Of a stretch of 52,844 nt of DNA, positions 1-10,842 are shown piece after piece. The first letter of the stretch is position 1. Every line of letters starts with the position of its first letter. Made by a program: the position numbers and the translations under genes. Source of the DNA: Octopus bimaculoides. Lineage: Eukaryota. Location of the stretch: positions 45,518,438 to 45,571,281 of the forward strand of contig NC_068987.1 of assembly GCF_001194135.2 (NCBI RefSeq), written 5' to 3'. Below the pieces are notes generated by a model. The model ran no database searches. It saw only the letters and a program-made list of their open reading frames with translations, and had not been told where the DNA came from.

Positions 1-380
1 TAGCTGATCTTTACAACCATAAGATCCACGTTTACATCCCTTTTGCTCATTAGGGAATATGCTACTTTCTATTAAAAAAACTATAGGTGTACTCAGTTAG
101 GACAGATGTTAGCATCTTATACATTGTTGTTAAGCAGGTTATGGGTCGATAATTTTTTGGTTCGTTTGTTTCCTCATTTTTTGGAAGCAGGAATGTTAAA
201 CCATTAACTAGCCAAGAGGGCATCATACTAGGATTTTGCAAAACATCGTTGTAAAGTTTTGTTAGCAGTTCATGGTTCTCTGGGAAGGCATTCAACCAGA
301 AGTTAGGAATTTTATCCTTTCCTGGAGACTTCCATTTGCATGACCTCCTGAGAGCAGATCTTATATCTTCTACCTTGACC
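1..380 (-). mobile_element. R4/Dong-like non-LTR retrotransposon, RT fragment running off the window
   Basis: ORF 62-295: PSWLVNGLTFLLPK..EPKNYRPITCLTTMYKMLTSVL (N-terminal RT motifs). Abuts a (TAT)n(TGT)n tract at 410-476. Confidence 0.8.
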
Positions 381-435
381 GCCTGCCACTTTTGCTCCTC
401 TCCTCCTCCTTATTATTATTATTATTATTATTATT

Positions 436-478
<43 letters not shown>

Positions 479-780
479 TTTCTCTTTATCACAGTTTTTG
501 TTGGAGCTCCTGGAGCCTTGCATGCATAGCAGGCTACCTGTAGCCTATGGTAACATGCTATTTGTTCTTTTCAGCTATCTGCTGAGTTCACTCCTTATTC
601 AGCATTCAACTACTATTTGGTTTTCACCCTCATCCCACCTTCTTCTCTGCCTCTGGCATTGTGCACAAGCAGTCTCTGGAAAATCCACATACCAAACGAA
701 CACTGCGTATCCAATATAGTACATAGAAGACTGTTCATCGCTATTTACCTATGCTGTTTACCTATATTTATCTTGACCAT

Positions 781-841
781 ATTATACTGATGAGTAGAGG
801 TTGTATAATATTACAATAACTACGAAATCATGATCTATAAT
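781..841 (+). ncRNA. Type-I hammerhead ribozyme, minimal form with palindromic stem III
   Basis: Stem I ATTATA(781-786)/TATAAT(836-841); core CTGATGA 787-793; stem II GTAG(794-797)/CTAC(820-823) with inner TTGTA/TACAA hairpin; GAAA 824-827; palindromic stem III ATCATGAT 827-834; AUC cleavage triplet (C835). Confidence 0.85.
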
Positions 842-1091
842 TCAGTCTGTTTTTAAGGAGCTACCTTTGAAAGTTGCATTTCCTTACGTTTTATTGTATA
901 GTAATGCCCTTATATAAATAAATATNNNNNNNNNNGCATATATGTATAAAAATGGATGCATTAGAACTGACAGTAGAATGCACTGAAGGACACAAAATCC
1001 TACAGACTTTTCCTGGCACACACACACAATTAAAGACACATATGTAGAAAGAGAATCAGATAGACAAATAGACAAAGTATATTCCACTCAC

Positions 1092-1169
1092 CGTTTCCTG
1101 GATGATGTCCCAGCTTTTAGCACTTGTTTTCATATTATCAACCAGTTTGTTGATTAAGTTAGTCTCCAA
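1092..1169 (-). CDS. Tetraspanin, coding exon 4 (start of EC2); the gene continues beyond the left edge
   Basis: ttttcatttag acceptor, 78 nt encoding LETNLINKLVDNMKTSAKSWDIIQET, GTGAGT donor at 1091. 'WD.IQ' normally sits just before the CCG motif. Confidence 0.88.
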
Positions 1170-2319
1170 CTAAATGAAAATCAAAAGCATCAATACACAG
1201 AAACATGGCAATTACATAGAATGAGAATGTAGTATGTTATTATTCTTTCTGTTACGAGGAAGAAAGTACCATATTATATTATTGGTACCCAGTTTGAAAA
1301 TACATAATATAGTACTGTTGTATATTTGAGACAAATGTCAATACATAATAGAGGAATGTAATGGAGATATATCACAGAAATATATGATTTGCAGCTTAAT
1401 AAATAGATACATTCTATCTCATGTCACGGCTAAACATGTTTTGTTTTCAAACTTTTAATTTTATAATTTTAGTTTATTTTAAGTTTATTTTTATCTTCAT
1501 AATTTATTTTTATGTTTTAATATTTTACCTTTAAGTGTTAGTTGGAGTTAGTTGAATTTTAAGTTTTAATTTTAATATGTAAAAAAATTTAATTTAAAAA
1601 TTTTTAATCTTAAAATTTAAAAATTTCCAATATCACATTACTTTTTCGTATGTGTATTTCGTGTGCAAGATTCTTGATGTGGATACGTGTGTTGAAAGAA
1701 ATACAATTAAACCTTGGGAGAGGCATTACTTTTTAATATTTGATTCTAATATCTAATGTTTTGATTTTAATTTTTAACATTATTTTAGAATATTTATCAA
1801 TTTTTGAGAAAACTTTTGGGTATTCTAATTTTTATCCTTATTTTTAATATTTAATATTTAATATTTAAATTTTAATTTTTAAAATTTAAATTCCAAGTTT
1901 TAAGTTATATTTAATTTTCAAGATTCCCAAAGTGTTATAATTTAACATTATTTTTACATTAGTATGTTGCCTTCAACTATAACCCTTATTCAATACCTTT
2001 ATTTTATATTTTATATCTATTTACTACTGTATTTTTATATAATATATATTTTATTACATTATATTATATTTATACCTTACTTTAGCCAATACATAATGAT
2101 TTTTGTTATGATCTTGTAATCAATTCTAGAAGAGTTCTGTCTTTTGAACATCTAAACGTCCAGTAGCAAGTTTTTCAGCTTACCGGCAGTGCCTTTGTTT
2201 TTCAATGATGTTAATGTGAACTAAACTTGCATAAGCTGATGACATGCAATGATCACAGAACTATTGTCACAGAAACTTAAAATCCTGAATGTAAGTTTTC
2301 ATACCTGTGTGATTATATA

Positions 2320-2671
2320 CATGGGCTGGACAAACTAATGGAAACACCTAGCTTCATTGCATCATAATTTTGAAATATCTATAAAACCGTCAAAAGCTTG
2401 TTTATTTTTATGTTTTTTGATTTATTATTAGTGTTGCTTAATATGTTTTGCTAAAATTGCTATTTCTTTTCAGATATCATCAGAAAAAGGTAATTAAAAT
2501 TCATTAAAATGACTGATCTATCGGACTTTCAAAGAGGTCAAATTGTTGGTGCTCGTATGGCAGGCACTAATGTAACGAAAACAGCTGCAATGTTTGGTGT
2601 ATCAAGAAGTACTGCCTTGAAAGTAATTACAGCCTTTGAGAAAGAGGGAGAAACCGACTCATTGAAACAAA
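2320..2671 (+). mobile_element. Tc1-like transposon, 5' part, truncated by an assembly gap
   Basis: TA then TIR-like CATGGGCTGGACAAACTAATGGAAACAC. ORF from 2509, MTDLSDFQRGQIVGARMAGTNVTKTAAMFGVSRST, is a Tc1 N-terminal HTH. Confidence 0.8.
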
Positions 2672-3137
2672 NNNNNNNNNNNNNNNNNNNNNNNNNNNNN
2701 NNNNNNNNNNNNNNNNNNNNNNNNNNNNNNNNNNNNNNNNNNNNNNNNNNNNNNNNNNNNNNNNNNNNNNNNNNNNNNNNNNNNNNNNNNNNNNNNNNNN
2801 NNNNNNNNNNNNNNNNNNNNNNNNNNNNNNNNNNNNNNNNNNNNNNNNNNNNNNNNNNNNNNNNNNNNNNNNNNNNNNNNNNNNNNNNNNNNNNNNNNNN
2901 NNNNNNNNNNNNNNNNNNNNNNNNATATGTATGTATGTATATTGGTCAATACTTCATATATCCCAAAAAGAAGCACACTCTAAAACATTTATTAAAATTA
3001 CTTCCACCTGTTGATGATATATCAGAATTACCAGTGTCATTTAAGACCAACTCCTTATGATAAGGGGAAATAATTTTAAGAATCAAGAATTCTCAAAAGG
3101 TCACATTTCATTAAGGAAAGGACAGGCTTATTGTATG

Positions 3138-3214
3138 GAGATAGAGGACAGTCACAGACATATGGTTCTATCTCAGTAAGCATCATCAGTGTTACAGTTG
3201 TCCTAATCTATCTC
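3138..3214 (-). ncRNA. Type-I hammerhead ribozyme fold with a core substitution (probably inactive)
   Basis: Minus strand reads gagatagattaggacaactgtaaca-CTGATGA-tgcttactgagata-GAAC-catatg-TC-tgtgactgtcctctatctc. Long bulged stem I, palindromic CATATG stem III and a GUC site, but GAAA is GAAC. Confidence 0.7.
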
Positions 3215-3416
3215 TGGCAGCCAAGAGGCAGAGACATATACAAAAGGAGCAGAATACATTTATGGCCGATGTAATTCGCATAAATTAAGCAAAAATGAGC
3301 TTAATAATTCCAGGATGGCCAAGGAAATGTATATGAACAACATAGACAATTACAGGTATATTGAGTATCATACAATATAAATTCTTGATTTATTAAAATT
3401 ATCTCTACCCCTAGAG

Positions 3417-3680
3417 CAGGGGTTCTCATCCATTTTTTTTTTATTTATGAGCCCCTTTGATAACTATTTTATTCTGATGGACCCCCATAGCCATTTGATG
3501 TTCAAAAATACTTCTTTTTAAATTCCTATTTTGTTTTAATCACGCTAACTTGTGTAGGTTGAACTGTGTAAAACTTTAGAGTTAAAAATCCAATCTGTTT
3601 CTTACAGTATATACCAATATGTGCATCTAAAGCAAAATTTTTCCAGGGGTCCTTAAAATACTGTTTGGTTGCATGCTCTC
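3417..3680. mobile_element. Possible hAT-type non-autonomous element
   Basis: Left end CAGGGGTTCTCA resembles a hAT/Charlie TIR; the right TIR is degenerate or absent. Confidence 0.35.
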
Positions 3681-4059
3681 CACCCCAAACATTATATGAC
3701 CTCTGAGGATGTATCACAATTACCAAATGGCAATTAAAACCAACTTAGTATGAAAAATGGGAGATGACCTCAAAAATCAAGATTTCAATCCACCAATATG
3801 AGTATATGACTGTGGATGTGTTAAATGACAATTTTTAATATTGGTTATGAATTTGTTAGTGATGAGTGTTGTCAATTAAATCAACATCATTATATGACCA
3901 GTATTCATTTCATTAACCTTGAATAGATGAAAGTAAAGTTAGTAATGACAGAATTTGAATCAATGGGGAATCAAATGTAATCCTGTTAGAAATTGTTACT
4001 TTGTTAATCTGTGTGTTGAATAATGAATGTTGATTAAAGTTTGATCATCACTCAGGATA

Positions 4060-5070
4060 GAATGTCCAAATTATAGTCAGGGTGCTATGTGTACATAACA
4101 GTAAAGGTAGTATGTTTATATAGAAGTCAGGACACTATGTCTGTTACAGTCAAGGTACTGTATTTATAAGAAATAACAGTGGTATCTCTCTCTCTCTCTC
4201 TCTATCCCTATAAACACACACATGCACACAAACATACAGAAGTAAAATGTTATCTCACTATAGGACTCATGTACTATGTCTATAAAATAGCAAGAGTACT
4301 ATGAATAAATAGCTGTCAGAATGCTTTACTTGTACTACAATCAGAGTATTATGCTTGCATAACAATCAGAAAACTATATTATACACACACACAACATACA
4401 CAAGTGACTCAATGAGCAAGAGTTTTGTGCCTTGCACTCAGGTTTGTAACAACACAAACATGCACATCCATGTGCATATACATACGCTAACACGCACACC
4501 AGAAAGATAATTATGTCTATAAAATACTCAGATTTCTATGATTATACTGTCAGGTTACCATGTCTATATTGCAATTAAATAACTGTCTGTATAGTTATCA
4601 AGTGACTATGTTTATATAAGAGTCAGATTACTACGTCTAAATAGTAGCCAGGAAGTATCAATGAATATTCAAAGTTAGTATTCCTTCATGTTCTAAAGAA
4701 CATTACAAGACAGTACCACATCCAGGTTGCCAGGGAACATGCCACCTATGGAAGCTGGTTTTCTAGTTTATGTAATAGTTGAAGGGGTAGTTAATGTGGT
4801 AGCGATTGGGTGTGGTAACCTGTGATATTGGTGTGATAGCTGGTGTGATGGTCGTATGAAGTTTTGTGCATTGCACTCAGGTTTGTAACAACACAAACAT
4901 GTGCATCCATATTCATACTATACATACACTAACACAAACATTAGAAAGATAATTATGTCTATATAATACTCAGATTTCTTTTACTATACTTTCAGGTCAC
5001 TATGTCTATATTGCAATATGGTGTTAGTGATGAGTGTTAATTAAATCAACTCCATTATATGACTGGTATG
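4060..5070. repeat. Degenerate minisatellite with ~150-bp direct repeats in intron 3
   Basis: Recurrent agtcagg..actatgtctata units. About 4425-4575 is repeated at about 4862-5015, and about 3855-3905 is repeated at about 5020-5070. Confidence 0.7.
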
Positions 5071-5152
5071 TGCAGTATGTATGATGTATTGATTGAATTA
5101 ACAGAAGTCTGACTGGAAGAGGCTCACAATTGAAAGCGATGATGTTACTTAC

Positions 5153-5227
5153 CTCATTCTTACGAACTAAACCAATCACTCCTGCTGCAATCTCAATGCA
5201 GAATATAGTGGACACACACAGTATATA
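5153..5227 (-). CDS. Tetraspanin, coding exon 3 (TM3)
   Basis: tattacag acceptor (5230-5228), 75 nt encoding YILCVSTIFCIEIAAGVIGLVRKNE, GTAAGT donor at 5152. Typical 75-nt TM3 exon with the polar 'EIAAG' motif. Confidence 0.93.
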
Positions 5228-5429
5228 CTGTAATATATAGAATTTAAATGTGTTATATATACTTATGATGAATACAAATAAGACATACTGTAATATGTAG
5301 AATGTTTACATGTTACATATACATATATATGATGAATACACACAGTATATGGTATAATGCATAGAATTCATGTTTTGTATATATATAATGTACATGTGTG
5401 TTTTAGTGCATGCGTATAAATGTGTGTGT

Positions 5430-5511
<82 letters not shown>

Positions 5512-5984
5512 GGTATGTCCAAAATAAAACTGAATTTTATTTACAATTAAATTTTATTGCTTTACTTACAATTTAAACAAATATTTCAAAAGAGTCCTTA
5601 TGCATTTGATATGGTACTCGCAATGTTTTTTCCCAGTTTTGGAAGACATCCAGGAACATGTTTTTAGGGACAGTTCTCATAGCAAATCTTTTTTTTATCT
5701 CTTCTGTTATCTAAAATTGATCTATCTGGTTGGATTTTACAGTTGCAATAAGGATCTTGAATCTTAGATCCCTAAAAATAATGACAGTGAGTCTGGCAGT
5801 AGAAGCAGATCTGAATGTATGGGAAACTTCCAGCCAGAAGTCTACAAATTAGTGGAGTTGGGAAACCATTGTTGGCAGTTGAGATTGAGTGGGAACTGTC
5901 CCTGACAGATCCCTGTGTGACTGAGCAGCCATGTCTAGGGATTGTGTTACTCACTCTGCCAGAGAAAAGCTAAGTAAAAGTGGC

Positions 5985-6975
5985 CTAAATATTGACAGCT
6001 CAGCTCACTTCTTGGTCATAAAACTATATTTGTTAGAACATTCCACAAAGAAGGAGCAGGATGCCTATCAACCTTTACATCTGATGTGAAGATTCAATAA
6101 GCTTGAAAGATGGTTTTGGCAAACTGATGAATGACCATCGATGAGGTGGCATATTCCTTGAAATTTAGTCATTGTTCTGCATATGAAATCATCCATGTCA
6201 AGCTTCACTTCCATAAAGTCTGTGTGATATTGGTGCCAAGAGAGCTTACCGAAGTGCATAAGTGCAATTGTATGGAGATCTGATAATGTTTACTCAGCTG
6301 CTACAACAATGAAAGTGAAGCTTCTTTGGAGAGAATAGTCACAGAAGATGAGACCTGGGTCCGTCACTTTGAGCCAGAATCCAAAAGGTAGAGTATGGAG
6401 TGGAAACACAGGAATTGCCAGCAAAAAAAGAAATTGAAGAGTTAACAATCTACAGAAAAAGTGATGTTAAATTTTGTTTGGAGAACCATTTTGGGAACAT
6501 CACCCGGAGAAGGGATTTACAGTCACCAGTGTGGACTACAGGACTACAGGGAAATGCTGGCCAACAAATAGAAATCAGCAACTTGCACTAAATGCTGAGA
6601 TCTGTTGTCAAAGCAAGTGTTGTTGTTTGACAATGCATGCCCACAAATGGCTGCCTACACCTTTAAAAAAATTGGGTTTTTGATTGTTGGAACACTTTGC
6701 ATACAGTCCAGATCTCACTCCTTCTGACTCACCAATTTGGACTACTCCTTTATGAGATCATTGATTTGCTATGGATAGAGAAGAGCAGGAAGTGGTGCAT
6801 AAATGGCTGCTCAACCAGCTGAAAACTTCTCTGATGGAATAAGCAAATTTGTGGGCTGCTGGAAGTTCATCAAAAAGCAAGGAGAGTATGTCCAAAAGTG
6901 ATGTAATTGTTTGACCCCTGCTTTTGTTTTAATAAATAACAGAAACTAGAGTGTGTATAATTTTCACTTACTCTC
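5985..6975 (+). mobile_element. Mariner transposon relic
   Basis: Frameshifted translation includes (W)VPRELT, IVTEDETWVRHFEPESKR and a YSPDL-like motif; TIR-like end ATAATTTTCACTTACTCTC. Confidence 0.8.
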
Positions 6976-7040
6976 TCTCTCACACACACACATACACACA
7001 CACACACATACATATTCATGTGTGGTGCATGTATATATAT

Positions 7041-7086
<46 letters not shown>

Positions 7087-7275
7087 NNNNNNNNNNNNNN
7101 NNNNNNNNNNNNNNNNNNNNNNNNNNNNNNNNNNNNNNNNNNNNNNNNNNNNNNNNNNNNNNNNNNATGTATATATTAGGGATAATATTTTTGAAATAAA
7201 AAATATGTGACTGTGGATTTTCATGGATGAGTACATGAACTTTGATTTTTTTTCTTTAAATTATATATTTATATA

Positions 7276-7990
7276 TAGGGTCATCCCATAAATAACCGTT
7301 TTTTTATAATTCATTTTATTTTTCAAAATTAAGATGAACAAAGTTCATTTTTAATCTAAAATATACTCTCCTTCATTTTCTACAATGCTCTTCCATCTAT
7401 CTGGTAGACTTGCAAGGCCCCTCTTCCAAAATTCACTTGTCTCTGACGAAAAAGACTCCTCCAGTACTGTTTTGACCTCATCTACAGAATTCGTATTTTT
7501 TCTGTCCAAATGATTTTGAAGACTGTGAGATAAATGATAATCACATGGGGCAATGTATGGTGAATATGGTGGGTGGGGCATCGTTATCCATTCAAACTGC
7601 TCCAGCCTTTGGAATGTCATTTTGCTGTATGTGGCCAAGCATTATCCTGATGGATGACCAGCTTTCGTCTTGAAACCAAAGATGGTCGTCTTTCTTCTAG
7701 TGCTAACTTAAGCCACTCAAGCTGCTTACAGTAGATCTCCTTTGTTATCATTTGGTTTGAGTTTAAAAGTTCAAACCTTTCATATTCCACCAAACAGATA
7801 ACAACACTATGTGAGCGGAGACTTTCTTTAACCTGAGTTACTAGTGTTTATCCTTTCCCTCCCCACTGTCTTTGGCACTTGACATTTTTATAGGGAATCC
7901 ATTTCTTGTCACCAGTCACTGTTTAGTAAAAAAAAAGGTTCATTCGTGAGACATGACAGCAAAGAAGAGAACACTTTCACTATCTGCATA
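7276..7990 (-). mobile_element. Mariner, 3' half; same family as 28516-29797
   Basis: ORF 7351-7638 has PHPPYSPYIAPCDYHL...RWKSIVENEGEYILD. TA then TIR TAGGGTCATCCCATAAATAA. Aligns by eye to 28516-29230. Confidence 0.88.
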
Positions 7991-7994
7991 TGTT

Positions 7995-8285
7995 ACCAGA
8001 CATAGGGTCTTCTAGCAGCCACCCTCTTGACTCATGGCAGCACTACCTCCTCCAGGCACTTGATGTAGGCCTCCATGTTGCCATCACTAGTGATCACTCC
8101 AAACATCATGATGTTAACTGGATGTTTGATTTTTATCACTCTCGGTACATGTCCTGAAATTGCACTGTTCTCAGATTGACACCCAAACATTCTGAAATGT
8201 TCACATTGGAGCTTCTGGTGTGAATGCCAAGCAGTACAGCATATCGTTTTTAAATTTCTGGCAGAGTGAATTGCATCATGGAGGT
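7995..8285 (-). mobile_element. maT/DD37D-like (Tc1/mariner) internally deleted fragment
   Basis: Nearly colinear with 25930-26250; encodes KHPVNIMMFGVITSDG and a MEAYIKCLEE-like peptide. Confidence 0.7.
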
Positions 8286-8299
8286 TAAAAGAAGGAAGG

Positions 8300-9400
8300 G
8301 TTATATAATAAACTACACCAAATACGGAGTTAGAGTAAATACCACATCGGATATCAAAGAAAGCCAGCAGTAGGGAGTAGTCTTATGATTAACAGTATAG
8401 AATGTTATACAGGTGACATTGATATTATTTAATTAGATAGTATAATCACCTTTGTGTGAATCACGTAAAACAATGCCAGGCAATAGTCGAGGGTAAGAGG
8501 TTTGGATAGTGTATTCTATCTATTATTTAACAAGCGCAGCTCAGCTGTATCTTGGTGTAAGGATTACATACTTAATAGGATTGGAAAAGAACTGGCTAGT
8601 GGGTGTAGGCTGCTATGTCTAGGTTAGATAACTTTGCTGTCTCTATTGCATAATACCGGGTATATCACGGAAAGAATGGTTAGTTCCTTCAAAGAATGGT
8701 TAGTTCCTACCATACAAGTATAGTAAGAGTGGTTAGAAAGTAATGGTAAAGGGAAACAAGACTAAAAGGACTCAGAAACTAATAGGTAGATCGATCAACT
8801 ATTGGGTCAGCAATAGAGGGAGTAAATTAGATTGGCCATAGGTTAGAAGCTATTATATAGGTTGTTTAATATTCTTAAAATATTTAAACATGCAGGTGGC
8901 CTTATGTATACAGGAAAGATGAAGGTCTAGATTATTATTTTGTACATTTTCACTATTTAATCTCTTTAAAATTTCAAACAGCACCATGCACCAAATCCTG
9001 CACACCTCATCTGCTATTTAAGTACAGTTTAACAACACTAATGATGTGCCAACTCAAATCGAATTTAACATTGTCATCCTTGAGCTCCCAAATCTTCATG
9101 GCTAGAGATGTCCTGCCAGCCCTGTGTCTTAATTTAAAGGAAGAATTGTGATTATGTAAGCACCCCTTCAGATTTACAGAGCAGCCGATATAAGTATTGG
9201 TCTCTGTTACAACATCACATTTGTAAACCACATTTATGGCTAGACATTGACCAGAAAATAGACAAGATATTTTGTCTAAACTATTGCACTCAATATTTTC
9301 TAATACTTGAAATTTATTATTATGGGTATGTGATCCAACGTTATTATGGCGTAATAGTTCAAGCTCGTGAGAGTTACTGGTGTACACATGGTTGTTGCTG
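8300..9400 (-). mobile_element. Penelope-like element, GIY-YIG endonuclease fragment plus probable 3' non-coding part
   Basis: ORF 9007-9516: CLFSGQCLAINVVYKCDV..TYIGCSVNLK..HNHNSSF..TSLAMKIWELKD..SWHII. The extent of the downstream non-coding part is uncertain. Confidence 0.75.
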
Positions 9401-9649
9401 GGGTTTATATTACTATGATTAATACTATTATGATTATAATTAGTTGCTGAGTCTGGGGTTGGAGACTGTTGGTACTGGGCATTGCTGTGAGAGATTTGGC
9501 TTTCAGATAGTGACAACCAGCCTCCAAAGTTGCAATTTTATAACTGGCGAAAAGAAAAAGACAGAAAAAAAGAGAGAAAAAAAGGAAAGAAAAAGAAAAG
9601 GAAAAAGAAGAAGAATATTTAATCAAACAGTTTTGTATAAATTTGATGA

Positions 9650-10690
9650 TTTTCTGTCATTTTATTCATTCCTCCAGGGTGTGATGTTGATAACCTGCAA
9701 ACATATTTCTCCTCATGCATTTTGAGTATTGAAAGTGAAGCAGAGTCAGAATATTTTCTGAGAATATGCACTTTCAAGTCTTTTTCAAAATTTCAGCTGT
9801 TTGAAGCAAAATGTTCAGCAAGTTCTGTTGAACTACTGTTGTTGTGCCTGACATCATATCTGTGCCCATTAAATCTTTTGTTTAATTGTTTTGTTGTACA
9901 GCAAACATAATTCAAATTGTGTTTTGTGCATTCTGCTGCATACACCAAATGGGAATCTATACATGTCCCACATTCTGTATAAATCATAACATTTCTGTTA
10001 TGATTCCTGATGGAATTCACTTGACTAATGTTGTTGCACAATGAACACGTCTTACCTCTCTTGCAGCTGTTTTTCAAGGTACAGTGTGCAGATACTCCAA
10101 TGTTAGTTTTCTTGGAGTCAGAAATAGAGGTCAATAGTTCTCTTATATTTTTATTCCATCTAAAGGATACATCAGACAGCTGAAGAAATATCTGTTTGAA
10201 ACAAGGATATTTTTCTGCAACATGCTGGTAGCTTTCACACAGCACTTTTGAAATGTCAGCGAAATTTCAGTGCCAGTTAATTACTAAAGGAATTCTGTCA
10301 CATATTGTATTGTGTTTGCTAAAATTATGTGTGATGGTTTGACTTTCTTTGCTAGTCTTAGCTGTTTCATTTGCTATTTCCTTTAATCACGATTTGCTGT
10401 ACTGCACTTGACATAATGGCGTACAAAAGCATTTGCATGTTTCCAGTAATCCCCTATGTTAGTACAAATCCGTTTTATCCTCAAAAATTGGGATTTTGGA
10501 TTTGACCAAATTATATGAAGTGGATGATTGGAGTAGCAGTGGAGGTAAATGTGGGATGATGTAGGCTTGCAAAATAACTGTCACTATTCTGCCTCCAGAA
10601 AACTTAACTTTTGTGTCCAAAAATTCAACATTAGATTTTCAGAAACTAGAGGTGAATTTTATGTTGGACTTAAAGCCATAGTTTTAGCAT
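9650..10690 (-). mobile_element. Penelope-like element (Neptune-like), 5'-truncated: RT C-terminus, Cys-rich linker, GIY-YIG
   Basis: Minus frames give IKFT..FLDTKV..KPT..YLHCYSNHP..SQFLRIKRIC, then CKRGKTCSLC and LVYAAEC..YVCCTTKQLNKRFNGHR (ORF 9793-10245), ending in HEEKYVCRL..HPGGMN. Confidence 0.85.
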
Positions 10691-10756
10691 AACAGTCACA
10701 GAAATGTAAGAAAGCAATTAAACTCTTAGGATATTCTTTTGTTTGTAAAATTACTT

Positions 10757-10842
10757 TTCATCTGATGATTACAGCTTTTTGTAATGGAATAATGTTCTCA
10801 GTCTTCTATTAAAGATGATATGTAAGAAACAGCTGTTATGAG
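10757..10842 (+). ncRNA. Type-I hammerhead ribozyme with long loop II, in the probable inverted pLTR of a Penelope-like element
   Basis: Stem I TTCAT(10757-61)/ATGAG(10838-42); CTGATGA 10762-68; stem II TTACA(10769-73)/TGTAA(10821-25); GAAA 10826-29; palindrome ACAGCTGT 10829-36; GUU site (U10837). Confidence 0.7.

Noticed and set aside
2229-2305. Fourth hammerhead candidate (CTGATGA at 2236, GAAA at 2272, ACTTA/TAAGT stem III)
   Set aside because: The stem II closing pair is mismatched and stem I pairs poorly. At most a decayed remnant.
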